The notes under the pieces: generated by a model
The model's database searches: none
Seen by the model: the letters and a program-made list of their open reading frames with translations, nothing else
Told to the model about the DNA's origin: nothing
Program-made: the position numbers and the translations under genes
Part shown: piece after piece, positions 36,083-45,876 of the stretch
Numbering within the stretch: position 1 is the first letter of the stretch
Layout of the letters: each line of letters begins with the position of its first letter
Assembly: GCA_001777665.1 (NCBI GenBank)
Contig: MFEQ01000004.1
Coordinates: forward strand, 10 to 64,009
DNA: 64,000 nucleotides
Origin: Candidatus Doudnabacteria bacterium RIFCSPHIGHO2_02_FULL_42_25
GTDB taxonomy: Bacteria; Patescibacteriota; Doudnabacteria; UBA920; O2-02-FULL-48-8
Direction of reading: 5' to 3'

Positions 36083-37515
36083 GGAATTTCAACTTTCTTT
36101 CGGAAATTAAATGTCGTTTTGATTAGATCAATATCTTCTTTCGTGAAAAATCGCATCAGGAGTAATCCTGCTAGGTAGATAACTCCGCCGGCAGGTAAAA
36201 GCAGATAAATACTTCTGTCCTTGAAATAATAAATCGCTACGCCCATGATCAATCCTGCTATAAATGGTTTCAAGAAATTTTCAAAATATTTAAAGTTTAA
36301 TATTTTGGTTCTAACTATATATGTATATCCGGTTAACTGGATTAATTCACTAAAAAGCGTGATCACTGCTGCCATGACAAATCCGAATTTCGGTACCAAT
36401 AAAATATTCATGATTAAATTAAAAGCCAAAGTAATCCCTGTGATTTTTGTCGCGGTTTTAGTTCGTTGGGAAATCATAATACTATTTACTGGTGCATAAA
36501 CCATCAGCACTGAAACCGCAGCAACTAAAAGCCAAAGCGCTGGAGCTGCTGGAGCGAATTCCGTGGTTCTTAAAAGAGTTTCTAACAATCTCTCTGCAAG
36601 CAAAGCAGCCCCTACGGTGAGTGCGACCCCTAACGCGATCATAAATTTGGTATATGTCTGGACTACTCTCCGAGCTTCAGTCAATTCGCCCATAAATAAT
36701 CTACTGGCAAAATATGGATACAGGACTGCTCCCACAGCGCCAGGAATAAATGCCAGCAAATCCCAGAACTTGTACGCAACAGTATAGAATCCAGTTTCGG
36801 TAAAATCACGCAAATGCGGTAATAGTAGCGTATCGACTCTGTTATAAATACTAAACAAAGTTAGAGGGATGAAAGGCAGATTCCAAATAAACAATTGACG
36901 CCAAAAATCATAATCAAATTTAAACTTTAAATGGGCAAATCTTTTCCGGACGATGTAACTATATACTGCTATATCAAATAATGAGACTATGACTGGAATA
37001 AATGCCAGAAATAAAATATTGCGATGCAGGACAATGGTCAGTAAAATCATACTGGCATTGATCATGGTATTCAAAAAATTGATCGATGCAATGACTTTGA
37101 ATCTCTCAAATGCATTCAGCACTGACATGAATGGCATAGTCATCGAGGACAAAAACAAACCTACTGTAGTGACCAGCAAAGCCTTGGTTACGATCGGAGG
37201 GTAATCCGCAGCCAAAACTATCACTGCCATAATTGCAGCGAATGCTAATCCGAGTAAAAATTGAATGCCGAAGTAGTTACTTAAATATTTACTAGCTTCG
37301 TTTTTATTTTCGCTGATTTTTTTTATGACTAATTGTTGCATACCCAAGTCAACGAAGTATGCGAACACGATCAAATAGGACGCCTGCAGTCCATACTTTC
37401 CCATCGCATCCGCGCCAAGGTATTCAGGCAATCTAAAATATATTAAAAGAAGGATGATCGCGGAGAGCACCCTCGAGGTAATCAAACTCAAAATATTGCG
37501 TCCAATATGCAGCAT
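36079..37515 (-). CDS. Polysaccharide flippase (Wzx/MOP family)
   Basis: About 13-14 TM helices, YLGADAMGKY, DLGM, GFYTVAYK. Confidence 0.88.
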   Translation of the reverse strand: MLHIGRNILSLITSRVLSAIILLLIYFRLPEYLGADAMGKYGLQASYLIVFAYFVDLGMQQLVIKKISENKNEASKYLSNYFGIQFLLGLAFAAIMAVIVLAADYPPIVTKALLVTTVGLFLSSMTMPFMSVLNAFERFKVIASINFLNTMINASMILLTIVLHRNILFLAFIPVIVSLFDIAVYSYIVRKRFAHLKFKFDYDFWRQLFIWNLPFIPLTLFSIYNRVDTLLLPHLRDFTETGFYTVAYKFWDLLAFIPGAVGAVLYPYFASRLFMGELTEARRVVQTYTKFMIALGVALTVGAALLAERLLETLLRTTEFAPAAPALWLLVAAVSVLMVYAPVNSIMISQRTKTATKITGITLAFNLIMNILLVPKFGFVMAAVITLFSELIQLTGYTYIVRTKILNFKYFENFLKPFIAGLIMGVAIYYFKDRSIYLLLPAGGVIYLAGLLLMRFFTKEDIDLIKTTFNFRKKVEIP

Positions 37516-37531
37516 TTGCTATTATTATAAC

Positions 37532-37654
37532 ATGGACTGGGGTTTTATACTTAAAACAGGAGCGATTGTATTTATCGGCATATTGCTGGTAGTTTGGGAT
37601 ATCTATTTATATCATAATCCCAGAAAAAATAAAGACTCCGACGCCTCCCACTGA
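37532..37654 (+). CDS. Small single-TM protein, 40 aa
   Basis: MDWGFILKTGAIVFIGILLVVWDIYLYHNPRKNKDSDASH; extended -10 TGCTATTAT just upstream. Confidence 0.5.
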   Translation: MDWGFILKTGAIVFIGILLVVWDIYLYHNPRKNKDSDASH

Positions 37655-37662
37655 GGCGTTTT

Positions 37663-39189
37663 TTATTCCCACTCCATGGTACCTGGTGGCTTATTCGTAA
37701 TATCGTATACTACTCGATTTACTTCTTTTATTTCGTTTGTGATCCTCGTCGAAATCTTTTCCAAAATTTCGTAAGGCAATTTTGAAAAATTTGCAGTCAT
37801 ACCATCTTTTGATTCAACAATCCTTAAAACAAGTGGGAATTTATAACTTCTTTCATCTCCCTGTATGCCCACACTCTTGATTGGTAAGACTACGCCAAAA
37901 CTCATCCAGATCTGTTTCCAGTATTTGGTGTTGATCAATTCCTCTTCAATAATTACTTGCGCCTTGCGGACAATCAACGCACTTTCTTTGTTTACCTCAC
38001 CAATAATTCTTACAGCCAAACCAGGACCCGGAAATACCTGACGTGAAGTTATTTCATTGGGTAGTTTTAATATCCTTGAAATTTTTCGAACTTCATCTTT
38101 GTATAAATCTTTCAATGGCTCATGCAACTTTAACTTCAAATCTTTCGGAAGTCCTCCGACGTTATGGTGTGATTTTATATTAGAAGAATGTTTAGTTAAC
38201 CCACTCTCTATTCGATCAGAATAAATGGTGCCTTGTATCAAATAATCAGCGTTTGATTTTTTTGCCTCTCTGTAGAACACATCAATAAATAATTTTCCGA
38301 TAATTTTTCGCTTTTGCTCTGGAGAAGTGACACCCTTCAACCCTTTGAAAAATAATTCACTCGCATTTACTATTTTTAAATTTAAACCTTTATTTCGAAA
38401 AGCTTTTTTTATGTACTGTGTTTCATTCGCTCGCATAAGACCAGTATCGACATATACGGCCGTTAATCTCTTGCCAATGGCTTTGCTGACAATCATCGCC
38501 GCTACTGACGAGTCAATTCCTCCGGATAGGCCAATTATAGCTTTGCTACTGCCTATAGCTACTTTCGTCTCCTTTATCAATTGAGAAATAATATTTTTAT
38601 CGCTTCTTTGAGGCTTTGACCTGCAAATCTTAAAGATAAAATTTTCTAGAATTTTATCTCCTTTTTGAGTATGACTGACTTCTGGGTGAAACTGAACTCC
38701 AAAAATACGAAGTTTCTCGTTTGAATAGGAAGCAATTGGGCTATTCTTTGTGTGCGTTGTAGGTACAAAACCTCTTGGAAGTTTGATTACTATATCTCTA
38801 TGATTCATCCAGACTTTTAATTTTTTGTTTAAACTGGTAAGTAATTTATCTCGTTTGCGAATTTCTAAATCCATCAACCCATACTCACCTGATTTACCCG
38901 AACGGACTATCCCACCAAGTTTGTGCGCGATGAGCTGATGGCCATAACAAATACCAAAAACTGGAATTTCTAAATCGAGAATCCTTTTGTTAAATTTGGG
39001 TGGATTTTTCTCATATACTGATCTGGCACCCCCTGACAATATTATCCCCTTTATTAGGGGATCTTTTCGAATCTCTGCTGGAGTTATCGAAGATTCAGTC
39101 ACTTCAGCCAAAACACCGAAGTCTCGAATTCTTCGAGCGATCAAGTGACAATATTGGCCCCCAAAATCGAGTACTATAATTTTATCCAT
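37663..39189 (-). CDS. guaA: GMP synthase (glutamine-hydrolysing)
   Basis: LDFGGQY, GICYGHQ, QFHPEV, SGGIDS, IKSHHNVGGLP, YDITNKPPGTMEWE. Confidence 0.98.
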   Translation of the reverse strand: MDKIIVLDFGGQYCHLIARRIRDFGVLAEVTESSITPAEIRKDPLIKGIILSGGARSVYEKNPPKFNKRILDLEIPVFGICYGHQLIAHKLGGIVRSGKSGEYGLMDLEIRKRDKLLTSLNKKLKVWMNHRDIVIKLPRGFVPTTHTKNSPIASYSNEKLRIFGVQFHPEVSHTQKGDKILENFIFKICRSKPQRSDKNIISQLIKETKVAIGSSKAIIGLSGGIDSSVAAMIVSKAIGKRLTAVYVDTGLMRANETQYIKKAFRNKGLNLKIVNASELFFKGLKGVTSPEQKRKIIGKLFIDVFYREAKKSNADYLIQGTIYSDRIESGLTKHSSNIKSHHNVGGLPKDLKLKLHEPLKDLYKDEVRKISRILKLPNEITSRQVFPGPGLAVRIIGEVNKESALIVRKAQVIIEEELINTKYWKQIWMSFGVVLPIKSVGIQGDERSYKFPLVLRIVESKDGMTANFSKLPYEILEKISTRITNEIKEVNRVVYDITNKPPGTMEWE

Positions 39190-39206
39190 ATTAAAATGAT
39201 ACCAGT

Positions 39207-40355
39207 TTATTTCTTTTTCTTGAAATACTTTTTCCCTTTTAGTTTGTCTGGCAATAAATCCTCTTTGGTATACAATTCATAGCCCTGATGATAACCCAAT
39301 TCTTTCATCAATTTAGTCGGGGCGTTGCGGATCATCATTGGTATGGGTAAATTCCCTGTATCTCTGACGTCGTCTACTACTTCAAAATATGCGTCGTAGG
39401 ATTCGCGACTTTTAGGAGCCAAAGCTAAATATGCCACACCGTGGGATAGATTGATTGCACACTCCGGATATCCGATAGTCTCACAGGCTCGAAATACGTC
39501 ATTGGCTAGCTGTAATGCCACCGGGTCTGCGAGGCCTATATCTTCTGACGCAAACACAACCATGCGACGGGCGATGAATTTCGAATCCTCGCCTGCTTCG
39601 ACCATTCGAGCTAAATAATACAGCGCTGCATCGACTTGCGAGGCGCGCATAGATTTAATGAATGCGGAAATAGTATTGTAATGCTCATCTGCTTTTTTAT
39701 CGTATCTTAAATGTTTACTCTGTAAAGTATTCTTTAAATTTTCAACAGTAATATCCTGATAAAATTTGGCCGTGTTCTCGAGCATAGTGATAGCTTGTCT
39801 CGCATCGCCATTGGCCATGCGAATCAACCAATCTTTGGCTTCTTTGTCTATCTGGAAACCCGTACTCTCAATTATTTGCTCCATTTCTTTTTCTGGGAGT
39901 TCATTGAGGACAAATACTCGACAACGAGAAAGTAGAGCTGGGATGACTTCGAAACTAGGGTTTTCAGTGGTGGCACCAATCAAAGTTAAAACACCGTTCT
40001 CAACATAAGGTAAAAGAAAATCTTGCTGGGCTTTATTGAATCTATGAATTTCATCTAGAAATAATATTTTTGGTTTATTGCCCGTCAGCAAATCGGCTTT
40101 CTTTTCAACTATGTTTCGAATGTCTTCCTTTCCTGCAGAAACTGCGGAAAGTTCGTAATAATCGGCTTCCAATGCTTGAGCATAAATTCGAGCCAGAGTA
40201 GTTTTGCCTACTCCAGGTGGCCCCCACAGAATAAAGCTAAACAAATGCTTGCCTTCGATGGCAATTCGAAGAGGCTTGTCAGGACCAACTAGGTGTTCCT
40301 GACCGACAAAGTCTTTCAAACTCTTAGGGCGAATTTTGGATGCGAGGGGTTCCAT
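39207..40355 (-). CDS. rarA: Replication-associated recombination protein A (MgsA)
   Basis: [40 protein letters not shown]. Confidence 0.96.
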   Translation of the reverse strand: MEPLASKIRPKSLKDFVGQEHLVGPDKPLRIAIEGKHLFSFILWGPPGVGKTTLARIYAQALEADYYELSAVSAGKEDIRNIVEKKADLLTGNKPKILFLDEIHRFNKAQQDFLLPYVENGVLTLIGATTENPSFEVIPALLSRCRVFVLNELPEKEMEQIIESTGFQIDKEAKDWLIRMANGDARQAITMLENTAKFYQDITVENLKNTLQSKHLRYDKKADEHYNTISAFIKSMRASQVDAALYYLARMVEAGEDSKFIARRMVVFASEDIGLADPVALQLANDVFRACETIGYPECAINLSHGVAYLALAPKSRESYDAYFEVVDDVRDTGNLPIPMMIRNAPTKLMKELGYHQGYELYTKEDLLPDKLKGKKYFKKKK

Positions 40356-40370
40356 TCAAGAGAATCCTGA

Positions 40371-40416
40371 CCCTCTCCTTCCAGGAGAGGGTGGCGCGAA
40401 GCGCCGGGTGAGGTGG
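40371..40416. repeat. REP-like element downstream of DUF559 gene 2
   Basis: CCCTCTCC-ttcca-GGAGAGGG-t-GGCGC-gaa-GCGCC-gggtgagg. Confidence 0.8.
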
Positions 40417-40426
40417 TTTAAGGTGG

Positions 40427-40777
40427 TTAATGATTCAACAAACGATCAATTGTCTCCATTACACCATCAAAATTATCAGAGATATCACTGTTCCAGAATC
40501 TTACCACTTTATACCCAGTCGAGGTCAAGTAATTAGTTCTTATTTGATCTTTAATAATATTTATCTGTTCGTTGTGTTGCCCACCATCAAGCTCAATTAC
40601 TAGTTTCTTCTCAAAACAACAAAAGTCTACAATATATGGACCAATAACAAATTGGCGACGGAATCGATAACCGTTAAATCTCTTTCCTCTGAGATAATGC
40701 CAGAGAGTGTCCTCCCAAGGAGTTTGAAGTTTCCGAAGTTGTCTTGAACTTGATAATAATCTTTTGTTGATTCTCAT
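40427..40777 (-). CDS. DUF559 (Vsr-like) endonuclease; likely start ATG 40777
   Basis: LRKLQTPWE, RFRRQFVIGPYIVDFCC, IELDGGQH, VRFWN; the track's N-terminal extension is mostly translated REP DNA. Confidence 0.9.
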   Translation of the reverse strand: MRINKRLLSSSRQLRKLQTPWEDTLWHYLRGKRFNGYRFRRQFVIGPYIVDFCCFEKKLVIELDGGQHNEQINIIKDQIRTNYLTSTGYKVVRFWNSDISDNFDGVMETIDRLLNH

Positions 40778-40786
40778 GGTTGTAAA

Positions 40787-40891
40787 ACTCTCTCCTGCCA
40801 GGAGAGAGTGGCCGAAGGCCGAGAGAGGTGCTTTAGCCACCCCACCCCGTCCGGTCAATCGACCGGACGGCCCTCCCCTGTTAGGGGAGGG
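40787..40891. repeat. Inverted pair of REP-like elements upstream of DUF559 gene 2
   Basis: CTCTCTCC-tgcca-GGAGAGAG-t-GGCC-gaa-GGCC, then CCGTCCGGTC-aatc-GACCGGACGG-CCCTCCCC-tgtta-GGGGAGGG. Confidence 0.8.
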
Positions 40892-41066
40892 TGCGTTATT
40901 CTTTGGAATAAAAACAGCGACGTTGCCGCCGCTCATCTTTATTAACTCCCCTATTTCTAGGGTTCCGAATGTGTTACTAAGATATTATACCCCATGAAGG
41001 AGAATTATGCAAATTTGCTCTCGATTTGTTATTGCTATAAAATATAATAAATCAGAGGAGGCAACC

Positions 41067-41624
41067 ATGGACGAGCCGACTCGAACGAAGTTGACCGAGG
41101 AAATCTGGGAATGCCGTACTTTTGTACGGGCCTTGTGCTATCGGTCCGTATGGCGCGAGACGGATGCGGCCGGCCTTGCTGAAGATTTGACTCAAGAAAT
41201 CATGGTCAAAGCGTGGCGAGGCCTCGACAAGTTCAAGCAGAATGCCAAAATCAGTTCTTGGATGCACCGCATCGCGATCAATCACTGTCTGACCTACCAC
41301 AGGACACATCGCCGTCGATCAGTTTCGACTGACGACGTACTCTATGCCATCGAGGACTCGACAGATCACGTCTTAGAATTGCTCAATACCGGCGACTCTG
41401 AAAGCCGGTACATCAGCGACTTAAACGCACTTCGACAGGCCAGACGCTATTCGCAGTACCTCGACCCGTCTGAAAAAAAATTGTTCCACTCCTTATTAGT
41501 GGACAAAACTTGGGTTGAGTCCGCTCGAATGTTGGGCCTTAAACTCAGCGCCTACAAGTCACGGGTTCGTCGTCTAAGGAAACGACTTCAAGAGCTGAAT
41601 GCAACAAATCCACGCCTTATGTAG
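41067..41624 (+). CDS. ECF-type sigma-70 factor (GC-rich; start revised to ATG 41067)
   Basis: AEDLTQEIMVKAWRGLDKF, SSWMHRIAINHC (region 2); ESARMLGL...KSRVRR (region 4); SD GAGGAGG. Confidence 0.85.
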   Translation: MDEPTRTKLTEEIWECRTFVRALCYRSVWRETDAAGLAEDLTQEIMVKAWRGLDKFKQNAKISSWMHRIAINHCLTYHRTHRRRSVSTDDVLYAIEDSTDHVLELLNTGDSESRYISDLNALRQARRYSQYLDPSEKKLFHSLLVDKTWVESARMLGLKLSAYKSRVRRLRKRLQELNATNPRLM

Positions 41625-41650
41625 CAGTTGCTCGCAGGCGTTTTCTTTTT

Positions 41651-42169
41651 TCAATTTGAAAATCTTTTTATTAATAAATCTATATATGGCATGGGAGACC
41701 ATTCAGCTTTATTGTTTTTATTCGCTGCGACATTTTTTAAATCCATCCATTTGACTTCATCTACTTCCTCTTTTTCTAGCTTCAGATCTTTCAAATCACC
41801 CTCCCATCGATAAACATAGACGTATCGGAATTCTTTATTTAAACCATTATCCCATTTAATCGTTTCGACGAATTCTAAATCCTCTGGCTTTGCATTCAGT
41901 CCCGATTCTTCAAATAATTCCTGTCGAGCGTTTTCCAAAATATCTTGTCCTGCCAAACAATGCCCGCCAAAAGCCGGATCCCAACATCCAGGCGAGTGGA
42001 CTTTCAACATCGAGCGCTTATTGCAAAGAATTTCGTTTTTGTCATTCATAACAATAATGTCCGTGCCCCTATGCCAAATTCCTTCAGCGTGAGCTTTTTC
42101 TCTAACCACTGATTCTATAGGCTGATTGTTTTCATCCACTGCAAAAATCAATTCTTGATTGTTGATCAT
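41651..42169 (-). CDS. NUDIX hydrolase, IPP-isomerase-like
   Basis: VDEN...AHAEGIWHR, PGCWD..FGGH, ARQELFEESGL. Confidence 0.85.
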   Translation of the reverse strand: MINNQELIFAVDENNQPIESVVREKAHAEGIWHRGTDIIVMNDKNEILCNKRSMLKVHSPGCWDPAFGGHCLAGQDILENARQELFEESGLNAKPEDLEFVETIKWDNGLNKEFRYVYVYRWEGDLKDLKLEKEEVDEVKWMDLKNVAANKNNKAEWSPMPYIDLLIKRFSN

Positions 42170-42768
42170 AGACTTTTAATATCTTCTATAATCACGGGTA
42201 ATTCTGGAAGATTAAAATGGCCAAACCCATCAAGAACTCGGACGGTTGCTTTTGGTAGAGCTTTGCGATAAATTTCTAAATCAGAAAACGGAACCATGTT
42301 ATCATCTTTGCTGTGATATAAAAATATTTTATCTGCTTGAGATGATAACTTTTCTAGACTTTCAGGCAATGAAAAATCTAACAATCTATACTCGGGCAAA
42401 TTATCTTTGGCTGGTCCCGCTAAAAGAAAAACAGCTTTTATTTTCTTAGGAAAATCGTTCTCACTTAAATATTTCGCAAGAAATAACGCGCCTAGTGAAC
42501 CGCCTATTAAAATAACACCATCATTTAAATACGAAATAAACTTTTCAAACCAAATTTTCCATTCAATATACTTGGCATTGCGCTTGCTCGGCATCTCTGG
42601 TCGAATAATTTGATAATCCGTCCCGAGTCGATCAGCTAAATTATCTTGCCAGCCCTTAACCCGCAAACCGTGCTTTTCAAAATCAATCTGCTTATTTTTA
42701 AGATAAGCTAAATATTCCTCGTGTGTCTCCCAATTATCGCCGCCATGAACCAATAAGATTTGTTGCAT
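42166..42768 (-). CDS. Alpha/beta hydrolase (RBBP9/YdeN-like); start revised to ATG 42768
   Basis: LVHGG, GGSLG, HSKDDNMVP, GHF. Confidence 0.85.
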   Translation of the reverse strand: MQQILLVHGGDNWETHEEYLAYLKNKQIDFEKHGLRVKGWQDNLADRLGTDYQIIRPEMPSKRNAKYIEWKIWFEKFISYLNDGVILIGGSLGALFLAKYLSENDFPKKIKAVFLLAGPAKDNLPEYRLLDFSLPESLEKLSSQADKIFLYHSKDDNMVPFSDLEIYRKALPKATVRVLDGFGHFNLPELPVIIEDIKSL

Positions 42769-42810
42769 ACAATAATCATAACAAAAAATCGCCCGCGAGG
42801 CGACTGGGCT

Positions 42811-42845
42811 ATTTGCTACCATACTTGGTAGTATGGTAGCATTTG
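42811..42845. repeat. 35 bp palindromic repeat (11-6-11 core), copy 2
   Basis: TGCTACCATAC-TTGGTA-GTATGGTAGCA, perfect 11 bp arms. Confidence 0.85.
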
Positions 42846-42871
42846 GCTATTTTGATGTTTGGTCTGAACGA

Positions 42872-42899
42872 AAAAAAGACCTGGCGTATGCCGCCAGGC
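42872..42899 (-). terminator. Terminator of the 42908-43540 orphan gene
   Basis: CCTGGCG-gcata-CGCCAGG-tcTTTTTTT on the minus strand. Confidence 0.8.
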
Positions 42900-42907
42900 A
42901 CGACCGA

Positions 42908-43540
42908 CTACTTCGTTGTCACGGCGATGATAGATCGGGCACGATCGTTTGTATTCAATGCCCGAAACCTCGCGTAGGACATCGAGTCCAGAATCGTGGC
43001 ACCAACCTCATCGAGCCTGCTCGACGCCGAACTACGGATGATCCGATCAACCTCGGTAGGATTAGCGTGATGTGCATATTGGCGTACAGCATTTTCGAGT
43101 AAACCTAGAGATAACTCGTCGAACTCTTCTGCTCTTAAACCGTAGCGATCACTGATCAGTCGACACGCCTTCTCGACAAAATAACCGTCGTCGTTTTTCC
43201 GTGTACCAGCTTCGCAGATCGCTGCTATGCCGAAGAACAACCCCGGCAAAGCTCCCATCACAAACCCCGAATTGTGCGAACGGTCAGGATGTTGAACGAA
43301 AGGACACACAAAAGTCCCAAGCCAATCATCCTGGTGCTCTGGGAACAGACGGTAGAGAGCCACGATGGCGCCCACTACGCGGTTTCTGTCTTGCGCCCTT
43401 GCCAGCACAGGATAGATTTCTTGCGCGTTGGAATGCGTCGGATTTCGGGCCTTAAGCGCGATAGACACGACCTCGTGTGCGAGCCGACTGTCGACCAGAT
43501 ACATTACTTCTTTCAGCACGTCACGTGGAATACTCAGCAT
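42908..43540 (-). CDS. Hypothetical protein (GC-rich orphan, 210 aa)
   Basis: Open frame with SD GAGGGG, structured leader and own terminator. Confidence 0.65.
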   Translation of the reverse strand: MLSIPRDVLKEVMYLVDSRLAHEVVSIALKARNPTHSNAQEIYPVLARAQDRNRVVGAIVALYRLFPEHQDDWLGTFVCPFVQHPDRSHNSGFVMGALPGLFFGIAAICEAGTRKNDDGYFVEKACRLISDRYGLRAEEFDELSLGLLENAVRQYAHHANPTEVDRIIRSSASSRLDEVGATILDSMSYARFRALNTNDRARSIIAVTTK

Positions 43541-43680
43541 ATTCCCTCATTTCTTTTGTCGAACTCCCTCTGCAGGAGTTTCACTCCTTAGGCACTGACA
43601 CTCAGCATGTCAGCACCATGAGGATAGCATAACAAAAAACCGCCCCGAGGGCGATGTGTAAAAAATCCATTAACCTGGCA

Positions 43681-43785
43681 GCGAGGCACTTGGTAAAATT
43701 AGCTCTCGCAGGACGACGGTCCGAGAGCGCAGGCCAAAAATTCAGCAGAATTTTATGGCCGGTAATTTTACCAACGTGCCGAGCG
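43681..43785. repeat. 105 bp structured repeat (three-way junction), copy 2
   Basis: 93/105 identical to 9601-9705; lies just past the ABC permease stop codon. Confidence 0.88.
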
Positions 43786-43788
43786 TAA

Positions 43789-44871
43789 TTATTGGCGTTT
43801 TTCTTCGAAGGAGAAGGTCCAGTTGGCTAAAATTACCAGGATGATGGCCCAGCCGATCATCCACCAAATATCAGTACTGATTTGCGCAAAACTTGCGCCT
43901 TTGGTCATGACTTCCCTCATTGAGTGTGAAAGAAAAGTTAGCGGTAAATATTTCGCAATGTTCATAAGCCATGTCGGGAAAGATTCGATAGCAAAAAATG
44001 TTCCGCCCAAAAACAACATCGGGAAAGCGATGAGGTTTGCAAACACCGGTACTGACTCAACTGTCGATGCCATGCCTGATATGGCAAACCCGAGACCCAG
44101 AAACATCAATGAACCTAAAATAGCAATCAATGCTATCAGCCAATACGAACCTATAATTTGGACATTAAAAAATATAACTGCAATGCTGATAAATATTGCG
44201 GTTTGGATCAATGTAATCAGCAATCGCACTATGACATTGGAGAGAACAAATGTAGACGGTCGCATCGGGGTGGCAATCATTCGCTTGAGGATTCCTTTTT
44301 CTTTGAAAGTGACAAACAAAAATGCCACAGTGAAAATCGTCATTTGCATGATCGAGAGAGCCACTAATCCCGGTAGCAAAAAATCGATATACTTTAGATG
44401 ATGAGAATTAATCTCTTCTTTATTAACAGTGAAATGATTGGCACCGCCACTTAGAGTTAGCGCAGTTTTATCGAGCATACCACTGATAATATTTACTGCG
44501 GCCGCTGATTCTGCAGGTTCGTTGGCATTGGCCAAAACCTTGATTTCGCTCGGACCCGGAATTAAATCAGCTGGAATGATAAAAACAGCAGCACGCTTAT
44601 CATCTTGAAGTGCTTTCCGCTCTTCGGACTCGATTCCTTCGTGGATTTCAAAAACCGGAACTTGTTTAATGCCCTCGATGAACTGCTTTGTTTGTGCACT
44701 GGGCGGTGCATTTAAAACAATTCCGACATCGAATTTGGTGGCACTGTCAAAATTGATTAAACCCAAAACTACCATCAGGAAAATTGGGAAAAAGAAAGTA
44801 AAATACATTGCCTGCTTGTTGCGGACAAACATTTTTATCGCGACGACAGTTAGTTTCCAAAGTGTAAACAT
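43789..44871 (-). CDS. ABC-2 type transporter permease
   Basis: FTFFFP, YIDFLLPG, KEKGILKR...TP, FLGGTFF, YLPLT. Confidence 0.92.
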   Translation of the reverse strand: MFTLWKLTVVAIKMFVRNKQAMYFTFFFPIFLMVVLGLINFDSATKFDVGIVLNAPPSAQTKQFIEGIKQVPVFEIHEGIESEERKALQDDKRAAVFIIPADLIPGPSEIKVLANANEPAESAAAVNIISGMLDKTALTLSGGANHFTVNKEEINSHHLKYIDFLLPGLVALSIMQMTIFTVAFLFVTFKEKGILKRMIATPMRPSTFVLSNVIVRLLITLIQTAIFISIAVIFFNVQIIGSYWLIALIAILGSLMFLGLGFAISGMASTVESVPVFANLIAFPMLFLGGTFFAIESFPTWLMNIAKYLPLTFLSHSMREVMTKGASFAQISTDIWWMIGWAIILVILANWTFSFEEKRQ

Positions 44872-44875
44872 CCCG

Positions 44876-45802
44876 TTAGTCCCTTAATCCATGGCCCGTT
44901 AGTTTCAAAAAGACATCTTCCAAAGTCGGCTGATGAAGTTGTAAGTCTACTAATTTTACTCCTGCTTCTCTGCTCAATTTAAATAAATCGGATAACGTCG
45001 CTTCAGAATTATCTGTAGTTAATCGATAAGTATGATCTTCAGACTGAACAGAAGTAACCCCTGTTATTGCTTTTAGTTGTTCTATATCCAAAGGCTTATC
45101 CACCAAAAAATGAATAGACGTTGACAAACCAGGCAATTTCAAAAGATTTTGTGTAGTATCGAGAGCTATAATGTGAGCATGGTCCATGACCGCAATTCGA
45201 TCACATAAAATCTCTGCTTCATCCATATAGTGGGTTGTCAGGACGACGGTTTTTCCTTTTTTGTTAATCTCTGTAATCAATTCCCAAAGATTACGTCTGG
45301 CTTGAGGATCTAGGCCCGTGGTTGGCTCATCCAAAAATAAAACTTTCGGATCATTGACTAGAGCAGCAGCTATAGAAAATCTCTGCTTCTGTCCACCAGA
45401 TAATTCTTTGTGCTGAGATTTTGCTTTTTCCTCGAGTTGGACTTCACGCAGCAATTCCATGGCATCAACTTTGCGGTTATAAAGAGCGCCGAAAGTTTCC
45501 AATAATTCTAATAAATTTAATCCTTCGAAAAACGAAGACGACTGCAACTGCACTCCAATCAACGATTTTACAGTTCGAGTATCTTTGCTGACATCGTGCC
45601 CATCCAAAAAGGCCTGGCCAGATGTTATACCCTTCAGCCCTTCAATCATTTCTAGCGTAGTAGTCTTCCCTGCTCCATTTGGCCCGAGAATACCAAAAAC
45701 CTCACCTTCATTAACCTCGAAGCTGATATTATCAACGGCAGTTAATCCGCCAGCTGGCGGACCGTATTTTTTCTTTAAATTTTTGACTTCAATAATTGCC
45801 AC
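44876..45802 (-). CDS. ABC transporter ATP-binding protein
   Basis: GPNGAGKTT, LSGGQKQR, LDEPTTGLD, TTHYMDEAE. Confidence 0.96.
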   Translation of the reverse strand: MAIIEVKNLKKKYGPPAGGLTAVDNISFEVNEGEVFGILGPNGAGKTTTLEMIEGLKGITSGQAFLDGHDVSKDTRTVKSLIGVQLQSSSFFEGLNLLELLETFGALYNRKVDAMELLREVQLEEKAKSQHKELSGGQKQRFSIAAALVNDPKVLFLDEPTTGLDPQARRNLWELITEINKKGKTVVLTTHYMDEAEILCDRIAVMDHAHIIALDTTQNLLKLPGLSTSIHFLVDKPLDIEQLKAITGVTSVQSEDHTYRLTTDNSEATLSDLFKLSREAGVKLVDLQLHQPTLEDVFLKLTGHGLRD

Positions 45803-45876
45803 AGTTAAATATTATAGCGTATTTTGGAACGCCTGTCAAAGCCGAGTTCTTATTACTATTTACTACTTACTAGTTA

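Noticed and set aside
40778-40936. N-terminal extension of the DUF559 ORF
   Set aside because: Mostly translated REP palindromes; family similarity starts at ATG 40777, although an SD before 40936 means the longer start is not excluded.
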